A model generated the notes under the pieces. That model did no database searches. It was not told where the DNA came from and saw only the letters and a program-made list of their open reading frames with translations. Shown one piece after another: positions 8,495 through 17,218 of a DNA stretch of 64,000 nucleotides. Both the position numbers and the translations under genes were made by a program. The stretch is from Candidatus Micrarchaeota archaeon (GTDB lineage: Archaea > Micrarchaeota > Micrarchaeia > Anstonellales > Bilamarchaeaceae): NCBI GenBank assembly GCA_040753215.1, contig JBFMEZ010000025.1, positions 5,528 through 69,527 of the forward strand. Direction: 5' to 3'. Each line of letters begins with the position of its first letter. Positions within the stretch are counted from its first letter, which is position 1.

Positions 8495-9067
8495 GTGGAC
8501 ATCGGAAAAGCGTTCGAGGGCCTTCACGAAGGCTTCGTGGTTCTGGTTATGGCGTCTCCCGACGAGTACGGGAAGGCAATCATTGATATCGTAAAGTATT
8601 TCGCGAACAGGAGGGGGCTCCCGCTCATATATGTAACGGCGAACAAGCCGTATGCGGTGCTCAGGAAGGAGCTGGAGAGGGGCAGCGCAAAGACAGATAA
8701 GATGTTCTTCATAGACATGATAACGAAGAAGGCGGCTGGGGCATCCGTGCGCGAGAAGGACTGCCTTTACATAGCGTCCCCGGACTCGCTGACCGAGCTG
8801 ACGATTGCGCTGAACAGCGCGGTTGCCGCATTGCCGCAGAAGGGGAAGGTCATATTGCTGGACAGCGTTTCCACGCTCCTGATGTACAACAACGCGGGCG
8901 CGGTCGGCAAATTCGTGCATTTCTTCACCGCGAAGATGGCGTCGTGGGATGCAGAAGGGGTGCTCGTGAGCCTGGAAGACGGGACAGATCCGATGCTTGT
9001 TTCGCAGCTAAGCCAGTTCTGCAGCAGGACCGTGCACATAAAGGGAGGGAAAGTAAAATGGGTATGA
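8495..9067 (+). CDS. RecA/KaiC-like fold protein with degenerate P-loop (hypothetical)
   Basis: VLVMASPDEYGKAI sits in the Walker A position, and KVILLDSVSTLLMYN is a Walker-B-like strand. The protein resembles an inactivated KaiC/RadB domain. GTG start. Confidence 0.4.
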   Translation: MDIGKAFEGLHEGFVVLVMASPDEYGKAIIDIVKYFANRRGLPLIYVTANKPYAVLRKELERGSAKTDKMFFIDMITKKAAGASVREKDCLYIASPDSLTELTIALNSAVAALPQKGKVILLDSVSTLLMYNNAGAVGKFVHFFTAKMASWDAEGVLVSLEDGTDPMLVSQLSQFCSRTVHIKGGKVKWV

Positions 9068-9103
9068 TTACAAACCGAAAACTGGGAACCGGGGAACTGG
9101 TGT

Positions 9104-9751
9104 GTGGGTATGATGTGGATTGATTTGATTTTGGGCGCTGCCACCCTTCTGCTGGGTGCGGCAGGCCTGGTGTACGTGTACTACGCCATACAGAGGCTGG
9201 AAAAAGGCGAGCTTAAAGGGATGCTGGAATGGGTTTTCTATGCGTATTTCTTCGCTCTCATGCATCTTGCCGTGCTTCTCTGGAATGACTTTTTCCCGGG
9301 GGGCCTGGAACTCCCTGCATACCTATTATTCCTGGCAGCGGTTCTGTGTGCGCTCCAGTCCGGGAGGCTCATAATGCGGTTCTCCAGGGCATACGGGTTT
9401 GCAGGGGTGGAGCTTGGGAAGGACCCCTGGTATGCGCTTATGGAATCAGTGGTGCGCTCCGTATACGGGCTTGAAGGCGCTGAAGCAATCGTGCATGCGA
9501 ATTCCGTGAAGGGGCTGAAGGTTGATGAGGAGATGAGGGTTGTTGAAATCAGAGGGAACAGGAAGAAGGCGCTGGAGGAGCTTGTGAAGAAGTACGAGGA
9601 AGTATACGGGAAGGCTGCCCTCAACATGATGAGAAAGGGAGCGGAGGCGGTTCTGCGGGAAAATGAGTGGCTTAGGGCGGATGTGGCGGGCATTTTTGGG
9701 GCGGGCGCTGGACGGGAGGAAAAGTTCTCCAAAGCTTTTGAGGTGGGATGA
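9104..9751 (+). CDS. membrane protein (4 TM N-terminal) with cytoplasmic C-terminal domain, hypothetical
   Basis: Hydrophobic N-terminal half and a charged C-terminal half, with coding-like codon usage. Confidence 0.5.
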   Translation: MGMMWIDLILGAATLLLGAAGLVYVYYAIQRLEKGELKGMLEWVFYAYFFALMHLAVLLWNDFFPGGLELPAYLLFLAAVLCALQSGRLIMRFSRAYGFAGVELGKDPWYALMESVVRSVYGLEGAEAIVHANSVKGLKVDEEMRVVEIRGNRKKALEELVKKYEEVYGKAALNMMRKGAEAVLRENEWLRADVAGIFGAGAGREEKFSKAFEVG

Positions 9752-10063
9752 ATGTTTGAACTTCTGGGTTACGCCCTTCAGCTGGCCGGGGTTTTCCTTG
9801 CGTTCCTTGCGGCAGGGCTGGCGTTTATAATAGCGGACATGACAAAGGGCGGCGCAACGGCGCGCTCCACGAGGATGATTGCCTTCGGGCTTATGGTGCT
9901 TGCGCTGGGAATTTTCCTTACATATGCAGGGACCCTCACCGGAGCAATAGACCCGCTCAGCCCGACGCCCTGGTGGCCCCTCCTTGGGGCGGTTACTGCG
10001 CTGGGCTTCGCGCTTCTTCTCTCGGGCCTGTGGACCATGCTGAAGGCGCTGAGGGGTGCCTGA
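9752..10063 (+). CDS. small membrane protein (103 aa, 3 TM), hypothetical
   Basis: Immediately follows the previous gene (TGATG overlap) and is entirely hydrophobic. Confidence 0.45.
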   Translation: MFELLGYALQLAGVFLAFLAAGLAFIIADMTKGGATARSTRMIAFGLMVLALGIFLTYAGTLTGAIDPLSPTPWWPLLGAVTALGFALLLSGLWTMLKALRGA

Positions 10064-10890
10064 TGAACGAAATGCAGAAGAAGTTCCTTGCCGCCGGTGC
10101 GGCGCTTGTGGTGCTTTTTCTGCTCTGGGAGCTGTGGGCGGCGCCATTCCTGCTTATGAATATGGACCTGAGGGACCAGCAGGTATCTGGCGGGGTGCAG
10201 GAGCTCTGGGTTTTCCCGGAAGGGGAGGAAGGGCCGTACTTTGTGGATGTGAGGCAGGTGGAGACGATAGTGGAGGAGGCCCCGGAGAAGGTTGTGATAA
10301 ATTCCACGTATATTGAGATAGACCCGCTTACCGGCGAGCTCTCCTGGGGGCACGAAGAAATAGTGGCGATAGGCAAGGCAACAAGGATGCATACATCGGG
10401 AGGGGATGTGGAGAGGAGCGGATATGCGGCCTTCCCCCTGCATGTGGGAAAGAGGGATTATGAGATATGGTACAGGCACCTTCTCGGGAAGGGCGTCTGG
10501 CATTTTGAACGGGAGAGTGTGCGGGAAGGCCTTCCGGTTTATGTGTTCAGCTACAAAGTGGTTTCCAATGCGACAAAGGAATACCCCGAGTGGGCGCCCC
10601 ATGAAGTGGTAGTCGAGGATACGGGCGAGATGGAGGTGGAGCCGGCCTCTGGAATGGTTGTTAATTGGGTAGAAAGGTGGGAGGGGTACGTGATAAAGGA
10701 TGGGGGGAGGGAACTCATAGATGTATGGACCGGGGCGTTCTACAGGAGCACCATCATGGCGCGGGCCGGGGAGGCGGCGGAGCGGAAAAGCTTCATATTT
10801 ATTGTTGAATGGATAGTTCCAGCGATGCTGGCCGGGCTCGCGCTCCTGATGGGCCTGCTCTCCCGCATCGCAAAGGAGGAGGCGGTGTGA
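10063..10890 (+). CDS. N- and C-terminally membrane-anchored protein, paralogue A (DUF3068-like architecture)
   Basis: Start MNEMQKKFLAAGAALVVLFLLW (TM), an acidic extracytoplasmic domain, and a C-terminal TM (AMLAGLALLMGLL). TGATG overlap with the upstream gene. Confidence 0.55.
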   Translation: MNEMQKKFLAAGAALVVLFLLWELWAAPFLLMNMDLRDQQVSGGVQELWVFPEGEEGPYFVDVRQVETIVEEAPEKVVINSTYIEIDPLTGELSWGHEEIVAIGKATRMHTSGGDVERSGYAAFPLHVGKRDYEIWYRHLLGKGVWHFERESVREGLPVYVFSYKVVSNATKEYPEWAPHEVVVEDTGEMEVEPASGMVVNWVERWEGYVIKDGGRELIDVWTGAFYRSTIMARAGEAAERKSFIFIVEWIVPAMLAGLALLMGLLSRIAKEEAV

Positions 10891-11724
10891 ATGGAAGCGC
10901 ACAAGGCTCTCGCGAAAGCCGGGATTGCCGTCCTTCTGCTCATCCCTCTCTGGCATATGCTTGTGGCTGAGGAATTGTACAAAACCGGGGAGGATTTCTA
11001 TTTCTATGCGGAGGGGTTCGGGGAAAGGGAATACCTCGCGCCCGGGGCGAATGAAACCAGGGAGATGCAGGTTATAACCATCATCACCAAGAGGATTGTG
11101 GAGAGCCGCGGGGACGAAGCCAGAATGGCTTTTGAAGTGGAAAGCAGGGAGCTGGCAACCGGGGCCCCCATATTTCACGCAAGCGAGGTGCTGGATTACA
11201 ACAGGCGCACATTTTCATTCACAAAGGACGGGAGCGCTTACAACTGGTTCCCGAGAAACGTGGAGAAGAGGGCGTATGAGGACGTCTACTACTCCTCCGC
11301 CCTGCCTGTGGCGGACTACGAATTCGAAGGGGTGGAAGAAGTGGAGGGGCTGGAGGCGTATGTGTTCGGGTTTGAGGGGAGGATGGATGCCTCGGGGAAA
11401 TACCCGGACTATCCCGATGCGCGCATAACCAGGGATATGGAGGGCAGGATATGGGTGGAGCCCAGAACGGGCAGTGTGGTGGACGTGGAAGTGGAATGGG
11501 TTGCGTATATGGATGCTGAAGGCGGCCCCGTGGTGATAGACAGGGGAGGCACAGGGTACTCGGATGACACGGCTGCCATGCTCGCGGAGGAGGCTTCGGG
11601 CAGGAAAAACCACATGCGGTTTGCGCTCATATGGATGCCGCTGCTTTTCGTGTTTGCCGCAATAGCGGCGTTTGCAGCATCCTGGCTTGCTAAACCAGGG
11701 AGGGAAGGATATGGAAGCAGGTAA
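10891..11724 (+). CDS. N- and C-terminally membrane-anchored protein, paralogue B
   Basis: Same architecture as 10063-10890 (N-terminal TM, EEL/YxxxE-rich domain, C-terminal TM), directly abutting it. Tandem paralogues. Confidence 0.55.
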   Translation: MEAHKALAKAGIAVLLLIPLWHMLVAEELYKTGEDFYFYAEGFGEREYLAPGANETREMQVITIITKRIVESRGDEARMAFEVESRELATGAPIFHASEVLDYNRRTFSFTKDGSAYNWFPRNVEKRAYEDVYYSSALPVADYEFEGVEEVEGLEAYVFGFEGRMDASGKYPDYPDARITRDMEGRIWVEPRTGSVVDVEVEWVAYMDAEGGPVVIDRGGTGYSDDTAAMLAEEASGRKNHMRFALIWMPLLFVFAAIAAFAASWLAKPGREGYGSR

Positions 11725-12478
11725 GGCCGCCCTTGGGGCAGCGCTGGTGCTTTCGGCAATCCTGCTGGCAGCCGGATTTGTATGGTATTCTGAGCTGGGG
11801 GCAGATGAATTCAGGGAATTCCATGTTGCAGTGGAGATGCTCACAGTGCTCGCGGGGCTGGCAGTTTTCTATTTCGCCTACACAAGCTACGCGGCGGAGA
11901 AGAATGTGCGCGTGCTTCTGATAGCGCTCGCCTTCCTGGCGATGGCTGTTTTTGATATTTTCCATACATATGCCTTTACTGAGATAGACCGCCCGCACAC
12001 CATAACGGCCATCAATACCTCAATATACTTCTGGCTGGCGGCGAGGGTGGGCGGGGCAATCCTGCTGGGGATGGCGTTCCTGCTGCCTGGCAGAACACTG
12101 GGCGAAAGGTTCGGGAAGGCGGTGTTTGCCGCAACCCTCGTGCTAATTCCGCTTGCGGCATTCGCAATCCTTGAGAACGCAACAGAGCCTTTCCTGCCGC
12201 AGATGTTTGTTTACGGGCAGGGGCTTACGCAGCTCAAGGTTGCGCTGGAGGCCTTTGCCGCCGCTCTCTATGCGCTGTGCGCCTTTGCGGCATTCAGGAT
12301 TTGGCAGAAGAACGGGGAAGAGATTGCAATCATGTTTGCAGCTGGGCTCGTGTTCATGGCTTACAGCGGGCTCGCCCTTATGCTTTACTCAAGCCCCTAC
12401 GATTCCTTCATGGTAATCGGGCATGTGTTCAAGCTTCTTGCGTTTGGCGCATTCCTCTACGCGGCTCTGGAGCACTGA
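11711..12478 (+). CDS. polytopic membrane protein (about 7 TM), hypothetical sensor-like
   Basis: Highly hydrophobic 255-aa ORF. The start MEAGKAALG is chosen over the ORF-track start to reduce overlap with the upstream gene. Confidence 0.5.
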   Translation: MEAGKAALGAALVLSAILLAAGFVWYSELGADEFREFHVAVEMLTVLAGLAVFYFAYTSYAAEKNVRVLLIALAFLAMAVFDIFHTYAFTEIDRPHTITAINTSIYFWLAARVGGAILLGMAFLLPGRTLGERFGKAVFAATLVLIPLAAFAILENATEPFLPQMFVYGQGLTQLKVALEAFAAALYALCAFAAFRIWQKNGEEIAIMFAAGLVFMAYSGLALMLYSSPYDSFMVIGHVFKLLAFGAFLYAALEH

Positions 12479-13015
12479 TTACTGCACAACCCCGTTAAGC
12501 GTGCCCGCCTCTATATATGAGAAGCCGGTTACACGGTCCGTGTAATTTATCCTCATTACGACCTGGAAGGACGTGCCTGCGCCGGTCGTGTAGTTGAACG
12601 CGCCCACCGGGATGGTGTCGGATATCTCGCCCACGCCGAGCGAGATGTTGAGGTCTCCGGAGTCTATCATGTCGCCCGCGTATGTAGCGTTTATGGAATT
12701 CACGGAGATTGGTACTCCCACCTGGTTCTGGAGCTTCACCGAAAGGTCGCCGCCCGAATTAAGGATGAAGGCGGGGACCGCGACCTGCGTGAAAGCGACC
12801 GGCCTGTTGCCGATGAAGGAGCCGATGTCGAATATTCCCAGCACGAAAAGGGCAGCGGCTACAAGAAGAACAATGAGGAGCGCCCATCCGTATGTAATGA
12901 GGAAATCCAGGGCGGCTTGGCCCCTTCGGTTTCGGGTTTCCTGTTTTCCGTTTCCCGCTTCCGGAAACCGGGGGCCGGCAACTGGAAACCGGCTTGCAGC
13001 CTGGCCTTTTTTCAT
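12479..13015 (-). CDS. archaeal type IV pilin-like protein (class III signal peptide, DUF361-type), paralogue 1
   Basis: MKKGQAAS...RRG|QAALDFLITYGWALLIVLLVAAALFVLGIF is a prepilin-peptidase site (K/R-G|Q-x-x-x-D/E) followed by a hydrophobic helix. The leader carries an in-frame heptamer-repeat insertion (RFPVAGPRFPEAGNGKQETRN). The ATG at 13015 is preferred over the tracked 13171. Confidence 0.7.
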   Translation of the reverse strand: MKKGQAASRFPVAGPRFPEAGNGKQETRNRRGQAALDFLITYGWALLIVLLVAAALFVLGIFDIGSFIGNRPVAFTQVAVPAFILNSGGDLSVKLQNQVGVPISVNSINATYAGDMIDSGDLNISLGVGEISDTIPVGAFNYTTGAGTSFQVVMRINYTDRVTGFSYIEAGTLNGVVQ

Positions 13016-13234
13016 TTTTTTCACCGGGTGAATAATGATAATACGGATTATAAAAGTTAGCACGAGCCGTAGGAGCATCCCTGTATCTGGTCGTACGCGC
13101 ACACGTAGCCGGTGTCGGGCCCGCAGTGGTCGTAGGTGCATGGGTCGCCGTCGTCGCAGGATGGCGGGCACACGCAGCCGAGCAGCAGGAGCGCGAGGAA
13201 GAGCAGCAGGAATGCGGCGCGTATTTTCTCCATC

Positions 13235-13723
13235 TCAGCTCACCTCCCCGAAAACCGTTCCCTTCGAAGCATAAGCAAACCCGGTTGCGCGGTCTTCGTA
13301 CCCTATCTTTATCGCGATTGCATAGCGCATGTCCGGGCTGATGCCGGTGAGGTTTCCCACCGGGATTATGTTCGATACTTCGCCAATGCCCAGCCGTGTA
13401 TTTGTGCACCAGGCGGTTATGGTCTGGTTCTGGTACGTTGCATTTATGTAGTTTATCCTTATCGGCCTTCCCGCATCGTTCCTGAGCTTCAGGAGAAGCA
13501 GGCCAGAGGGCGAAACCCTGAAAGCCGGGACTGAGACCTCGCTAAACCCTGCCGCCCTGTTGCCTATGAACGAGCCGACGTCAAGTATGCCCAGGGAAAA
13601 GAGGGATGCGCCTATGAGGATGAGCAGCACAACCGCCCATCCGTAGGTCATCAGGAAATCAAGCGCCTGGCCTTTATGGTTTCCTGTTTCCGGTCTTCGG
13701 TTTCCGGAATGCATTACGGACAT
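13235..13723 (-). CDS. archaeal type IV pilin-like protein, paralogue 2
   Basis: MSVMHSGNRRPETGNHKG|QALDFLMTYGWAVVLLILIGASLF is a class III signal. Leader codons are made of GGAAACC-type repeats. The mature domain is similar to paralogues 1 and 3 (IGNRxxGF, SVPAF, INATY). Confidence 0.7.
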   Translation of the reverse strand: MSVMHSGNRRPETGNHKGQALDFLMTYGWAVVLLILIGASLFSLGILDVGSFIGNRAAGFSEVSVPAFRVSPSGLLLLKLRNDAGRPIRINYINATYQNQTITAWCTNTRLGIGEVSNIIPVGNLTGISPDMRYAIAIKIGYEDRATGFAYASKGTVFGEVS

Positions 13724-13765
13724 TGAGAAGATAAAGGAAGAAAAGAAAAATAAAGGAATTGCTTG

Positions 13766-14272
13766 CTATTCCACGATTCCGTTCAGCGTCCCGGTCTCCA
13801 CGTAAGTGAAGCTCGTTGTGCGGTCGGTGTAGCCAACCCTCATAGTAACCACGTAGGAGTCGCCGCTGCTCAGCCCGGTGAACGCGCCCACGTTTATGGT
13901 GCTGGAGGTCCGCCCGATGCCAAGGTTCGTGGAAGGCGCGACGCTCACCGTCTGGTTGGTGTAGGTCGCGTTTATGGAATCTATCCTTATCGGGTTCCCG
14001 ACCTGGTTCTGGAGCTGCAGCGTTAGCGTCCCGTTTGACGCGATTTTGAACGCCGGGACCGCCACCTGCGTGAAACCCACTGCCCTGTTCCCTACGAAGG
14101 AGCCGATGTCGAATATCCCGAGCACGAAGAGTGCCGCTGCAATCAGGACAATCAGCAGTATGGCCCATCCGTAGGTCATCAGGAAATCCAAAGCCGCCTG
14201 GCCCTTCCTGTTTCCTGTTTCGGGTTTCCGGTTCCCGGAAACCTCTCTCTCTTGGCTTTTTCCCGAATACAT
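13766..14272 (-). CDS. archaeal type IV pilin-like protein, paralogue 3
   Basis: MYSGKSQEREVSGNRKPETGNRKG|QAALDFLMTYGWAILLIVLIAAALFVLGIF. Same family as the two downstream genes. N-x-S/T sequons are present. Confidence 0.7.
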   Translation of the reverse strand: MYSGKSQEREVSGNRKPETGNRKGQAALDFLMTYGWAILLIVLIAAALFVLGIFDIGSFVGNRAVGFTQVAVPAFKIASNGTLTLQLQNQVGNPIRIDSINATYTNQTVSVAPSTNLGIGRTSSTINVGAFTGLSSGDSYVVTMRVGYTDRTTSFTYVETGTLNGIVE

Positions 14273-14354
14273 ACTGGTATCACCTTGGGGTGAATAGGTT
14301 AAAAAGTTTATAAAGCTTGCTCCAGAAGCCCTGTTCGGTGGGGTATTGAAGGTC

Positions 14355-14490
14355 TTGGGGTCTTGAATGGTCTACGGGTCCCGGGGGTCTTGAATGGTCT
14401 ACGGGTCCCGGGGGTCTTGAATGGTCTACGGGTCCCGGGGGTCTTGAATGGTCTACGGGTCCCGGGGGTCTTGAATGGTCTACGGGAGCT
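14355..14490. repeat. tandem repeat, 27-bp unit (TCTTGAATGGTCTACGGGTCCCGGGGG) x5
   Basis: Five head-to-tail copies at 14361, 14388, 14415, 14442 and 14469 with no spacers, so not CRISPR-like. Located in the divergent region between the pilin paralogues and the adhesin gene. Confidence 0.85.
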
Positions 14491-14531
14491 GAAGACTATG
14501 CAAGACACGGAGACTACCGGTTGGTGATGAG

Positions 14532-14909
14532 TTGGTCCAAAATCCAAAGAACCTGCGTGTCTACGGGCAGGCATTCATGCTGTCCGCTGATGTTTACAAC
14601 CGTTTCCGGGATATCAAAACAAGTCTCAGGCTCAAGGACCAGCTTTTCGGGTCTGTGTCTTCTGTCTGCGCAAACCTGGCCGAGATGGGCGCCTTTGAGA
14701 GCAAGACGCAGCAGAAGCAGAAACTCATAACCTGCGTGGGGGAATGTAACGAAGCTGAGTATTGGTTTGATTTGTGCAGGGAGGTCGGCTTGCTTGGGGA
14801 GAAGGAGCATGGGGAATTCACCGGCAAGCTCAGGAAGGTACGGGTAATGCTCTTCAACCTGCTTGGCTCGGTAAAAGAGGACATCGGAAAAGAGGGTAGG
14901 AAGGCATGA
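14532..14909 (+). CDS. four-helix-bundle protein (23S rRNA intervening-sequence protein family, TIGR02436-like)
   Basis: CANLAEM...ESKTQQ...LEEL-type helical pattern (VSSVCANLAEMGAFESKTQQKQKLITCVGECNEAEYWFDLCREVGLL) characteristic of this small protein family. Confidence 0.55.
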   Translation: MVQNPKNLRVYGQAFMLSADVYNRFRDIKTSLRLKDQLFGSVSSVCANLAEMGAFESKTQQKQKLITCVGECNEAEYWFDLCREVGLLGEKEHGEFTGKLRKVRVMLFNLLGSVKEDIGKEGRKA

Positions 14910-14962
14910 GAAGAAAAATGCAGAAACAAGACGTGAAGGCACCCAAGACCAGAAGACCACCG

Positions 14963-15150
14963 CAAGACCTGGAGACCACGGTTGTGCGGTCTCGGAGTCC
15001 TGGAGTCTCGAGAGTCTTGAGAAACGTGGGGACTACGCAAGACCCCCAAGACCTGGAGACCACGGTTGTGCGGTCTCGGAGTCCTGGAGTCTCGAGAGTC
15101 TTGAGAAACGTGGGGACTACGCAAGACCCCCAAGACCTGGAGACAGCCTC
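14963..15150. repeat. tandem repeat, 84-bp unit x2.2, directly upstream of and in frame with the adhesin start
   Basis: Copies at 14963-15046, 15047-15130 and a partial 15131-15150. Translates as PQDLETTVVRSRSPGVSRVLRNVGTTQD. Shares GCAAGAC/GGTCT motifs with the 27-bp array and with the 5' end of the pilin gene at 18230. Confidence 0.85.
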
Positions 15151-15160
15151 AAGACCGTGC

Positions 15161-17218
15161 ATGAAAGGACAGGCGAGCCTTGAGAATTTGATAATGCTCG
15201 GCATAGGGCTCGCGGTCGCGACAGTATTCTTCTATTTTGCGCTCACGATGCTGGACGACAGCATAGCCGCTTCGCAGGCGAAGGACGCGGTGAACAGGAT
15301 TGCGCAGGAGGCGGATTACGTATACGCGCTCGCGCCAGGGACGACGAGGTATGTGGATTTCACAATCCCGCGCGGGACGGAGCTGATTGAGATAAGCGGG
15401 AGGAGGGTGCACATGCAGGTGCAGCTCTCCAGCGGGCTGACTGATTTCTATGCGAACACGCAGGCTGAGCTTGTGGGGGCAATTGACCTGAACCCCGGGC
15501 CCGCGAGGGTGGTGGTGAAGCATACCGAATCGGGAAACGTGCTGGTTGGGAACAAGGAGCTTTCCCTTTCCCCGGAAGTGCTTGAATTCTACCTCCAGAG
15601 GGGGCAGGGCGACAGCGGTCAGATAAACGTAACGAATGGGGGGGAGAGGAACCTTACCGGGATTGCTGCGTACGTGCTCGGGGACATACTGGACATGGTG
15701 ACGATAACCCAGCCCTCTGCGACGCTTGCGCCCGGGCAGAACTCGAGCATTTCTGTTTCTGTCCTTATTCCTGCTGCGAAGCCTTTCGGAACCTATTACG
15801 GGAGCGTGTATGCAAACTCAACGGAAGGGAGCTGGGACGAGACTGCGGTAAAGATTGTGGTGAGCGGGGGGGCGGCTGTTTCATGCGCGCTCTCCCCGGC
15901 CGTTGCGAACGTTTCGATAGGGTTCACGCAGGATTTCACGAGCACGTGCTATGATTCCGGGAGCTACGAGACAACGTGCCAGAACCTGAACTGGTATTCA
16001 GATGCGGGGGACATGATTCCATCCACTTCTCCTACGGGAAGCACTCTCTATGTGAATACGTATGGGACCCTGGTTAATGCGACCTCAGGCTCTTTCACTT
16101 GCAGCGCTTCGCTGAATTATCCGGATGCGAACGGGCCTCTTGTGGCCAATCTTACCTACTATCCACCTTCTCCGCTCAATGCAACCGCGAACATAACCGT
16201 GAATGCTACGGGCGACGATAGCACCACCGGCGGCTCCACCATAAAGATGTGCAGGGTGAACGTGGACTCGGGAACATGGATGAACATGGATGCCGTGGAC
16301 GGGAGCTATGACGAGGTTGTGGAGCCGGTCACAAAAAATATAGGGAATTATTCCTCGGGAAACCATACGATATACGTGCAGTGCCAGGATTACTACAACA
16401 ACTGGGGGCCGGTTTCGAGCACCACGTTCTTCGTTACGGATACTTCGGGCCCGAGCGTGAGCAACATATTCATAGACCCTGCGGGGGTGTGCAACCTGGA
16501 GACCGCAACCGTGTATGCGACCGCGACGGATACGGGTGGGATAGTGAGCATGTGCCAGTTCAGGCTGGATGCGGGCGGATGGAGCAACATGGAGGCGGAT
16601 GATGGGGCGTATGATGAGCAGACGGAACTGGTGAGATACTACCAGACCTCCGGCTTCACTGCGGGGAACCATACATTGTGGGTGAGGTGCACGGACCAGT
16701 ACAACAATACAGGAACCCCTGCAAGCCAGGTGGTGGCCATTCCCACATGCAACCCCGAGCTTTTCATGAACCCCGGATTCGACACCTATACCGGCTCGGT
16801 GAACAATGCGAACTGGCAGTTCTGGAACGAGGACAGGTTTAGCGGAGGGATTCTCGCCCCGGACGATGGGAGGACGATATTCGGGACATCGGTGCTTATG
16901 GCAAATGCGCAGATATGGCAGGGAGTTAGCATCAGCGGGTCTACGAATTATACGATGAGGGTGTGGGTGAAGAGCAGCAGGCCGCTCTCGGTGCCGATGA
17001 AATGGGGGGCGAGGGACAACAGCGGAAGGTGGCTGCAGCCTGGCGGAGGATGGGCAACGAGCACGTATTATTTCACGCAATATGTGAGTTCCTCATGGAC
17101 GCAGTTCAGCACCACGTTCGTAACGAGGGCGGGGGCGAACGCGGTCAGGATATACTACAGGATGGACACGCCTCCGGGGTACATATGGATAGATGATGCA
17201 AGCCTGAGGCGGACTTAG
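15161..17218 (+). CDS. large pilin-like surface adhesin: class III signal peptide, repeated beta-sandwich (CARDB/Ig-like) domains and a C-terminal carbohydrate-binding-module-like domain
   Basis: MKG|QASLENLIMLGIGLAVATVFFYFAL is a textbook DUF361-type prepilin signal at ATG 15161. The tracked ORF starts at 14906 and runs through the 84-bp repeats without a stop, so a long leader is possible. It is Thr/Ser/Asn-rich with many N-x-S/T sequons. The C-terminal GFDTY...NWQFW...YTMRVWVKS...YYRMDTPPGYIWIDD resembles CBM_4_9. Confidence 0.7.
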   Translation: MKGQASLENLIMLGIGLAVATVFFYFALTMLDDSIAASQAKDAVNRIAQEADYVYALAPGTTRYVDFTIPRGTELIEISGRRVHMQVQLSSGLTDFYANTQAELVGAIDLNPGPARVVVKHTESGNVLVGNKELSLSPEVLEFYLQRGQGDSGQINVTNGGERNLTGIAAYVLGDILDMVTITQPSATLAPGQNSSISVSVLIPAAKPFGTYYGSVYANSTEGSWDETAVKIVVSGGAAVSCALSPAVANVSIGFTQDFTSTCYDSGSYETTCQNLNWYSDAGDMIPSTSPTGSTLYVNTYGTLVNATSGSFTCSASLNYPDANGPLVANLTYYPPSPLNATANITVNATGDDSTTGGSTIKMCRVNVDSGTWMNMDAVDGSYDEVVEPVTKNIGNYSSGNHTIYVQCQDYYNNWGPVSSTTFFVTDTSGPSVSNIFIDPAGVCNLETATVYATATDTGGIVSMCQFRLDAGGWSNMEADDGAYDEQTELVRYYQTSGFTAGNHTLWVRCTDQYNNTGTPASQVVAIPTCNPELFMNPGFDTYTGSVNNANWQFWNEDRFSGGILAPDDGRTIFGTSVLMANAQIWQGVSISGSTNYTMRVWVKSSRPLSVPMKWGARDNSGRWLQPGGGWATSTYYFTQYVSSSWTQFSTTFVTRAGANAVRIYYRMDTPPGYIWIDDASLRRT

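Noticed and set aside
13674-14168. 164-aa ORF overlapping pilins 2 and 3 in another frame
   Set aside because: Alternative-frame read-through of the pilin genes. It is basic and low-complexity with no signal.
14355-14490. Possible CRISPR array
   Set aside because: The repeats are directly contiguous with no unique spacers, the unit is 27 bp with no cas genes nearby, and the pattern is a simple tandem repeat.
14308-14574. 88-aa ORF translating the 27-bp x5 tandem array (RRPFKTPGT x5)
   Set aside because: It is only a reading of the tandem repeat on the opposite strand, with no start context and no domain, so I treat it as non-coding repeat DNA.
16085-17080. 331-aa antisense ORF inside the adhesin gene (and similar ones at 215-637, 692-1189, 27995-28936, 45507-47162, 54659-55375 and 58461-59033)
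   Set aside because: All are opposite well-supported genes and show Arg/His/Pro-biased composition. They are high-GC antisense artefacts.
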